From assembly GCF_000315625.1 (NCBI RefSeq), contig NW_005434666.1:946333-1010332 (forward strand): a stretch of 64,000 nt of DNA, given 5' to 3'. Positions 45,921 through 54,181 of the stretch are shown piece by piece. The notes under the pieces were generated by a model. The model was given only the letters and a program-made list of their open reading frames with translations. It had not been told where the DNA came from and ran no database searches. The stretch's first letter is position 1; every line of letters starts with the position of its first letter. This DNA is from Guillardia theta CCMP2712. Lineage: Eukaryota > Protista > Cryptophyta. A program made the position numbers and the translations under genes.

Positions 45921-46462
45921 GCCGCGAGGTACCTTGCCTCTCGGCTCCTCGGAGTCTCTCTTGCCTGCATCAGAAGCGTCGCTGCCAGTGCTTGTCAAGG
46001 GGCTCCTGCCGGGGTCTCAAGGACAACTCGTAGCTCGTTCCTGGCTTTGCCTTCTCCCAACTGAGCCAATCTGGTCTCATGGAAGCTACAGGTCGCTACA
46101 TGGTCCTCGCGCTGTGTCAGGGCTCTCGTTCTGTTCAAGGCGAAGGGCTCCTGCTGACCCGCCTCCTGGCTCAAGTCCGAGCCTCGCGAGCCGCAGCTCC
46201 GGGCCTTGAGCCTTGCGACGCGGATGAGCTTGGAAGGAGGGGCGCGAGGGGCGTGAGAGGGGAGCTTCATGGAAGGAGAGGGAGGAAGTGAAGCCTTGTG
46301 AACCTTGCCAAGGAGCAGCACAGGCGTGTAGCACTCTACAACTTTTACGGAGATTTGAGTCAAGATCGTTGGTAAGACCCAAAGAGCCCCTTGACAAGCA
46401 GCGACGCTGCGGATGCGGGCAAGAGAGACTCCGAGGAGCCGAGAGGCAAGCTACCATGCGGC
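45921..46462. repeat. Imperfect inverted repeat, arms 45921-46017 and 46375-46462
   Basis: 33-bp perfect core CTTGCCTCTCGGCTCCTCGGAGTCTCTCTTGCC (45933-45965) is the reverse complement of 46418-46450; pairing continues on both sides. Confidence 0.92.
45995..46270 (-). CDS. Small orphan protein, family member 2 (divergent), inside the inverted repeat
   Basis: MKLPSHAPRAPPSKLIRVARLKARSCGSRG; start context (pyrimidine tract + ATGAAGCTC) resembles member 1 (ATGAAACTC). Confidence 0.4.
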   Translation of the reverse strand: MKLPSHAPRAPPSKLIRVARLKARSCGSRGSDLSQEAGQQEPFALNRTRALTQREDHVATCSFHETRLAQLGEGKARNELRVVLETPAGAP

Positions 46463-46764
46463 CACCAGGTGTAGAGATGCAGAGATAGCGAAGTTGTATA
46501 AGCATGAAATGAACCATCGATATTCATCTGGGAGATGAGTGATGGTATGTTAGAGTGTTTTGAGCATGCAGTGACTATGGATGCTGCCCTGAGCTCTTCA
46601 GGGCCGTACCAGGGGTTATGCGGAGGAAAGGTGGAGGAATGCAGATCAGCATGTGGTACATCTGTTGAGCATGCCTTGCCTGCCATGACTCGTGATTGCT
46701 CGAACGTATTTCCCTTATTTACAAAATCGTGAAAGCAATACAAATATAATGCGATACAAGCGTA

Positions 46765-47446
46765 CCTACACGCCTCATCTCAGTCTTCATTCCTCACCTA
46801 CACGCCTCATCTCAGTCTTCATTCCTCACCTACACGCCTCATCTCAGTCTTCATTCCTCACCTACACGCCTCATCTCAGTCTTCATTCCTCACCTACACG
46901 CCTCATCTCAGTCTTCATTCCTCACCTACACGCCTCATCTCAGTCTTCATTCCTCACCTACACGCCTCATCTCAGTCTTCATTCCTCACCGTACCTACAC
47001 GCCTCATCTCGCTGAGTCTTCATTCCTCACCGTACCTACACGCCTCATCTCAGTCTTCATTCCTCACCTACACGCCTCATCTCAGTCTTCATTCCTCACC
47101 TACACGCCTCATCTCAGTCTTCATTCCTCACCTACACGCCTCATCTCAGTCTTCATTCCTCACCTACACGCCTCATCTCGCTGAGTCTTCATTCCTCACC
47201 GTACCTACACGCCTCATCTCAGTCTTCATTCCTCACCTACACGCCTCATCTCAGTCTTCATTCCTCACCTACACGCCTCATCTCAGTCTTCATTCCTCAC
47301 CTACACGCCTCATCTCAGTCTTCATTCCTCACCTACACGCCTCATCTCAGTCTTCATTCCTCACCTACACGCCTCATCTCAGTCTTCATTCCTCACCTAC
47401 ACGCCTCATCTCAGTCTTCATTCCTCACCTACACGCCTCATCTCAG
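46765..47446. repeat. 32-bp minisatellite (CCTACACGCCTCATCTCAGTCTTCATTCCTCA), about 21 copies
   Basis: Direct reading; a few units carry CCGTA or GCTG insertions; no spacers. Confidence 0.97.
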
Positions 47447-47775
47447 GCCTCTCAAGTCTTATAGTCTACCGGGTCTCCGACACTCAGCGCTGAGCAGTCG
47501 GCGGCCCGAGTAACTTGTGCCACGGTAGTTGTCGGCGCCGCCGGGCCGGGGACCGTATGATTTCTCTCCGAGGACTGTCGGACTCCGGGACTCCGGGATC
47601 AGAACTCTGAGGCGGGCCTTTGTCTTCTACCAGGGGTGGTGGATACAAGTACCTCCTTGACTGGTACCGTGACACTCGTATCTGACCTCTTGCTGCTTCG
47701 CGTGCTCCTCGTACTCCCGTCCTGCTCTGGTCCTCGAATTGGCTCGCTACACTTTCCTCCCTTCCCTTCCCTCCT

Positions 47776-48045
47776 ATGCTGCTGACCTCCCTCCCCTTCC
47801 CACCTATGCAGCTGACCTCCTCCCCCTTCCCTCCTATGCAGCTGACCCTCCATGACTTGCCTCGTCTCCCTCCTCCCTCACACCAAGATCCCCCAGCACC
47901 CAAGTCCCAGGCCGATGGCGGAAGCTGCTTCGTTCTCGACAACATCCTCAAGGCCAGGCTCAAGGCCCGGAGCTGCGGGTTGCGAGGAGCGAGGAGAGAG
48001 CCCGGCGAGGGCTCGAGGCAGGAGCGGGTGAACAGGAGCTCTTGA
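47776..48045 (+). CDS. Small orphan protein, family member 3 (recent duplicate of member 1)
   Basis: About 130 bp (47870-48000) nearly identical to 44830-44960, plus a further match at ~48068-48105 vs ~45035-45072; preceded by three 30-bp repeats (MxLTSxPFPP). Confidence 0.5.
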   Translation: MLLTSLPFPPMQLTSSPFPPMQLTLHDLPRLPPPSHQDPPAPKSQADGGSCFVLDNILKARLKARSCGLRGARREPGEGSRQERVNRSS

Positions 48046-48441
48046 CTTTCAAGCTCCTTTCTGCCATGCCCGACCGAGGAAGAAACGAGCGAGAGCTCTC
48101 CCTCCTGCAGCCCTTGGGGAAGGCGCGAGCATGTAAATTTATCTTGTACTTACTCTACTAAGATTTCTCGTATCCTGTTCCTCGTCCGTATGCTGTCTCT
48201 CCCAGCGCAATCTCTTCCTCCCCTTCCCCCCGCCACCTCCTTATTGCCCCCTCCGACAAGAATGTCGCCTGCTCGCTCACAGACAAACAATCGTTTCCTT
48301 TATGTCTCCCTACAAACGACCAGCTTGCCCTCGTGGCCTCTCAACTTTAGCGCAATACAGAATCATGCCCTCGCGCCCTCCCCCGCTGCGTCTCCTCGTT
48401 CGTTGATACCTTCCTCCCCTCGTCAAGAAACCGAGGGCTTT

Positions 48442-50618
48442 CTAGCGACCTGAAAAGTGCATCGCTCCAGCATCGCTCTGAATGTCCTTGAACTCCCATC
48501 GACACACAGACGTCTGAGTGATCGCGTGTCAACAGCTTTCACCACACTCCAACACAAACCTTGATCTGAGTGTAGAAGTGCACAGAAGATTTGCCTGCAT
48601 GCCCAAAGATTCGTCAGAGCACACACCGGCAACCCATCACAGTCTGCCGACCATAGAAGTGATGCTCTCCAAGGATAGAACCCTTCGACGAGCTCCAGCA
48701 GAAGAATGGGAGGGGAACAGGAACGGGCACATTGATGCCGATCTGCCCGACCTCGATCTCATGCTGCCAAGTTTCCCTTAGTCAAAGTCTCAACCGTCGT
48801 GCTTCTCTACCTGAAACTTTCTGGCGGCCCCTCCGTTCTGCGTGAAGAGAGCGACTCCGTTGCCCATGTCGTTGGCGTTTACGAAGTGGATGGCGGCTTC
48901 CAGCGAGTCCACGCATACAACGCTCAGCACGGGGCCGAAGACTTCCTCCTACCAGCGAGCAGAGCGTGTCAGCAGGCAGGTAGAGCTCAGCGTCTGCAAG
49001 GACCTTGTAGCAGGGCATGCTTGTCGTTACCCCAGAGATGATAGTCGGCCCGATGAAATTTCCCTTGTCAAATCCTTCCACCTTCATCCTTGCTCAGTTC
49101 CTGCAACATGCACCGCAAGCGCCTCACTTTCACTCCTCGCCCGTCCAGATCTAAAGTGGCGCCTGCGTCCACAGAAGCCTGCAAGTCCACCGTGACATCC
49201 TTGCTCCTTCTGTGAAGAGAGAGAAGCGAGGGAAGGGAGTAGAGGCCGAGGCAGACAGACAAAGGAGGGGCTGGGAGCGGGAGCTGGAGGCTGAAGCGCC
49301 GGAGGCAAACGAGAGACCTGAATGATCTGCTCGATCCTCTTGAGAGAGGCTTGACTGATCACAGGCCCGATGTCCGTGCCCTCTGCCGCTCCGTGCCCGA
49401 CCCGGTACTCCTTGGCCTGCACTGCCCATTACCGATCGCACCTGTGTCTCTTCTCCTTTACCTTAGCTACGAACTCTGGGAGGAAGGAGCTCGCAGAGCC
49501 CACGAATACGCACACGCTGATCGCCATGCATCTGTTTCGCTCACTTCAGCATTGCCCAACCTAGGTTTCTCTCTACTCCACCTTTGACCAGCCGCTCCGA
49601 AGGCTGCTCCCAAGATTCCGTTGATGGCCTGAGCCGCAGCAAGTGAGAGACCAGGAGGAAGCGCAAGGGAGTCAGGAAGGAGGAGGGAGAGGAGAGGTTC
49701 GAGGCAGACAGCACCTGCTCCTTGTTAGCATCAGGCATCACCACCGCGTGGTTCTTAGCTCCCATGTTACACTGCACCCTCTTCCCCGCCTGGCGTCAAA
49801 GAAGAGTCAGCTCATCCAGACCTGTCCAGCTGAGCATCACCTTGGTGCACATGTCGTAGATGGCTCGGCCAACTAGGCTGCTTCCCACGAACGAGACTGC
49901 CCTGATCGCAGGATGGTTGCAAATGAAATCTGCCGCGTCCTTGCCGCCATGGAGGACACTCACGATCCCCTTGGGGAAACCGGCTTCGATAGCTAGCTTC
50001 ACGATCATCATGCCCGCCGAGGGAACTTTCTCAGAAGGCTTGAGGATGAACGCGTTGCCTGTTCCCAGCGCGATCGGCATCATCCATAGAGGAATCATAG
50101 CAGGAAAGTTGAATGGGGCAATTCCACCGACGACGCCGAGGGGTTGACGGATGGTGAAGGTATCCATATCCCTACTGATCTGCTCCACTGCCTCTCCCAT
50201 CATGAGCGTTGGCATCCCGAGACAGTGCTCGACTACTTCGATGCCTCTAGTGACATCTCCCAGTGCGTCGACCTTGGTCTTCCCGTTTTCTCTCACGATG
50301 ACGTCAGCAATCCTGTCCTTGTGTTCCACCAGCAACGTCTGGAACTTGATCATGACCCTCGTCCTCTGCTGCACCGGGACTTCTCTCCATTTCTTCTGGG
50401 CCTCGCTGGCTGAATGCACTATCAGCTCCATCTCCTCTCTTGTCGAGCATGGCACCCTGTAGAAATCGATCATCTTTGTGTAAAGGTCGAATTCAAAAGC
50501 AATTTGGTTGCCTGCAAAGCACTTGTTGTGTACTTGGGTCCACGACATCAATCAAGTCACTCGAGACCGACGAAACTTCCTCTCCATTGATGATCAGGGG
50601 CAGTACTTTGACGTCCAT
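48442..50618 (-). CDS. ALDH6A1: Methylmalonate-semialdehyde dehydrogenase (ALDH6)
   Basis: [91 protein letters not shown] (catalytic Cys), [24 protein letters not shown]. Confidence 0.95.
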
Positions 50619-51094
50619 GTTCGCTCTGCTGAGACATGAAGGCTTAGTGAGGTTCAACCTTCCAGCTGCCCACTCCCCCATACCATTAGAACATTTGGTT
50701 CAAAACTTCTACAGCCATTCCTCATCATTCAACCAATCCTATCATCGTATTCCCTCTTGTCTCCGCCCTTCTCCTTTCTGGCTTCCTTCATAAATCCATT
50801 TTCCCTTGACGATCCTCCCTTTTCTGTATCGCTTCCTCACACCCATCACTACCACCCTCCCTTCCCTCTCCCTCCCTCCCTCTGCCCTTTGACTCTCTCA
50901 TCTCTCCTCTCCTCTCTCTCCTTTCTCTCCTCTCTCTCTCCTTTCTCCTCCCTCTTCTCTATTCTCTCCTTCCCTCCCTCCCCTCTCCCTCCCTCCCTCT
51001 CCTGCAACAAACTTGCAACAGTGCTCTTATAACCTCGACCCACCCCCTATCTTCACCATTATGAGACCCTACCCTGCCTTGGCTGCTGCAACGC

Positions 51095-51300
51095 CTCAGT
51101 GATCACGCCGGCGGGCCCGGCGCCCGGCCGGGGCCGCCGGGTCGGGCCGGGCCCGGGCCGGGATGAGATCACACGGCCCGTCGGCGACGGTCACCCGTAC
51201 AGTTGACTTGTAGTACTACAATGGCGGCGCCCCGTACTGTAACGCCGGTTTCAATGGCTCGGCCCTCGGCCCTGAAGGCCGCAGTCGGAGCCCTCAGCCA
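51095..51300. promoter_or_regulatory. GC/CCG-rich island upstream of ALDH6, containing 14-bp palindrome TTGTAGTACTACAA (51208-51221)
   Basis: Direct reading. Confidence 0.5.
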
Positions 51301-52187
51301 AGCACTGCCAGACTGACACCGAGGCTGTGAAACAGTCTGATGACCGTAGGCTCAAGTGATGAAGGGCGTGCTCCGAAAGCCTCGGATCCAGCAGGAGTCG
51401 AGCGAGAATGGACATCATTCAAGAACTGTTCCTGACACATCATGGCATCCGCTGGCATCATGGCACTGCCGCATGTAACTAGTAAGCCTGCCAGGCTGAG
51501 TGCAGAGGATATTGGAGCCTGAGGACTCCGAGCGAAACCGTGGCATATGCTAGTGGAGAACGAAGAGGAGAAGGAGGCAGAGAATCGGTTATGGCAGGGA
51601 AGGCCAAGTAGAAGCATCGGCCCGGACCTCTCGAGGAGCCAAGTTGACTCTCGTACCGTGACAGCTAGGATAGCCTGATCCGCTCCTCCCGCAAGTCACG
51701 AGTCGTCGAGGAGAGCCTGAAGGTTGCGCTCTAATTGCATGTCCTCAGAAGCTGCCGATACGCACAGCCTCCTCTCTCCTCCCACGACCGTGGGGGTCAA
51801 AGAGTTGAGGGAGTAGCTGCGCACTACCTCTTTGAGTCGTACCAGACAATCTCCAGCATGACTCGACCTCTCCTAGTCCTTCGAGCCCCGTCTGTTCTTC
51901 TCTCCGTCTCCTGTCTGCGATCTCGAGCGTAATGTGCCCACTGGTCTACCATCGCATGCATACACCGGATGATCGACCTTGAGTCAGATACTGTTAGATC
52001 CCTACCCTTCAATCATGAGATTTCGGATGCTCGCGATATGCAATGTGGTGAGTGACACGGTTGAGGGAAGGAGTAGATCAGGGAATAGTCTTTCCTTGTT
52101 GCTTTGACACCATGCTTTAATCCACACAAACTAATGTACACGTCTTCAAAATATCAGTAAACAAAATCGAAAATGTCTAATGCTGCG

Positions 52188-52424
52188 CTAGATAATACTC
52201 GGGGCCTCCCCAGGGCGTTCCTGAGCTTTCTGTCTTGCCTTGAGGATGTTCTTGAGAACAAAGTTGCTGCTCTCAAGGCCGTTGGGTTTCGCGGTCATGG
52301 CTGAGCGATGCTGCAGCGCGGCGGGGGCAGCTTCTTTCACAGGGCGTTGTTGAGGCTCGGCGGTGTTGCTATCCGCATGGAGGTCGACGATGCGAATGGA
52401 TCTTGAGGATTCGACGAGCTGCAT
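52188..52424 (-). CDS. Small orphan protein, family member 4
   Basis: 78-aa ATG ORF with SNFVLKNILKARQKA; the motif is conserved at protein level despite nucleotide divergence from members 1 and 3. Confidence 0.6.
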   Translation of the reverse strand: MQLVESSRSIRIVDLHADSNTAEPQQRPVKEAAPAALQHRSAMTAKPNGLESSNFVLKNILKARQKAQERPGEAPSII

Positions 52425-53310
52425 TGCAGATTTGTTTCGAGAAGGAGAGGAGGAGAAACGAGCTAACAGAGGTCGTGAGTATTTGCAGGACGTGGGAGCA
52501 GGACAGGCGCGGGGATGTAGCGGAGGGATGCTGGACAGCTCCTGTAATAGCCAGGGAATGCTCTAGAACCCGTATTTTAAAACACTTTTCAAACTTAAAA
52601 CTAATTTAAATTCAAGTCCGTACTCCACGCCGTTTCGTTTGTAGCAAATTGTTTACTTAAGTTTGTTCAGTGGTAAAGAGCTCTTTACTGCCAGGTTGCG
52701 TACCCCTCCTATTCAAGCAACTACACCCGTACCCTCTTAACTGTCATGGCATTCTTTTTTCCTCATGCACCCGTAACCCTCGTAATCGCCCAAAACCGTG
52801 ACCCCTTCCACCCCTCTGTTGGCCTCTTGTGGCGCACGGACCGCATAGTGCCATGACCCGGAGCTCCGAGATCGCTCGCGAACATGCAACCCTTTACTCC
52901 CCTTACTCCGGGAGCCATCAACGAACCGTCGCGATAAATAGCCGTGGACCTGCACCCCCACTTTCGTCCTATCTGATGCACCCCCTGGTATGACTGCAGT
53001 GACCTGCCAGTACGTCTGGTACACTTTTGCAACAACATCAATCTCGGGAGGGGTGGGGTGCAGTTGGGCTATTACAGGCAAAAGGTAGGGTTTTATTAGG
53101 GCCATTTCCCAGTGCGGTGGGGGGTGGGGTTGGAGCATTGTTATGCCGTAAAGTGGAAGGGGTCCCTTTGCCGTGTCACTGCCGAGACGTGATGAAAAGG
53201 TCGTCGGTGCTGCCGTGACCCAGAGCGAGTAATAATAGTAATAAAAGTCCATGGTGGCCGCTGAGTAGTATTTTGGTTAGTAGTAAAGGGACGCAGCTCG
53301 TTCTGATAAG

Positions 53311-53712
53311 TTTAACTTAACTTTGAGTGAAGAGAACTGCCAGTGAGTTTGACCCGGCCGTGTTTGACCAACAATTTATCTCCTGATTGTCCTCGTACTG
53401 ATTTTTAACTTAACTCTTCGGCGGAGGCCACCGCGACATCGCTGGCACGGCCGCGCGGGGACTTGTCCTGCGCGCCGTTAAGTGAAGGTATCAGTTAAGT
53501 TTGGGGGACAGCAGTCGGCCGGATTGGGTTTGGTTCTCGCTGTCTTTTCTCTTCTCGCCGTTTGGTCTGTGCGACAGTGTCAGGGTCCTCGACTCTCCTG
53601 ATTGTCCTCGTACTGATTTTAACTTAACTTTGAGTAAAGCACTGCCGTCAACTTGCCTCCTCGTCTCTCCTGATTGTCCTCGTAATGATTTTTAACTTAA
53701 CTTTGAGTAAAG
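53311..53712 (+). repeat. Dispersed repeat copy 2 (53528-53639) plus three partial copies of its 3' half (53311-53332, 53379-53414, ~53655-53712)
   Basis: Repeated TCTCCTGATTGTCCTCGTA.TGATTTTTAACTTAACTTTGAGTAAAG. Confidence 0.9.
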
Positions 53713-54181
53713 GCTCCTTTTCAGTACCGCCGTGCCTCATTCGCCCTAGCCGGGCCCGGGCCCGGAATCAGCCCCGGCGGGCCCGCCGTGCACTGGTGAT
53801 CGGACTGACCCGGGCCGGCCCTCCGATCCTTCGCCGGGACCGACTCCGGCGGCGAGTTTTACTCGGCGAGTAGTCTTCTTTACTCGGCGAGTGGAGTATG
53901 GTCAGCCGGCGTTCGCGGCATCCGGAATGCGACTCCCGCATGCCCGGGAATTTAATGCGTGGAAGCGGAAGGGATGAGGGAAGAGCAGAGGGTGCGAGTG
54001 TTTGCTGAGAGAGAAGCAGGAGAGGATCAGGGAAGGGAAGGGAAGGGAAGGGAAGGGAGAGGAGGGGAGGGGAATATTGGTGTGTACAAGGATACATGGA
54101 GGAAGGAGCTATCGCTCATTAGCACCCCTGGAACGGAAAACACGATACTGTAGTTAAGGGCAGCGCGCTTGCTCGCTGAAA

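Noticed and set aside
46765-47446. 32-bp repeat array as a CRISPR
   Set aside because: Units are head-to-tail with no unique spacers, there are no cas genes, and the context is eukaryotic.
51294-52012. ORFs between ALDH6 and family member 4
   Set aside because: No family similarity or coherent splice model on either strand.
53850-53892. ACTCGGCGAGT palindromic repeats as CACTA-type subterminal repeats
   Set aside because: Only two full copies, and no terminal inverted repeat or transposase nearby.
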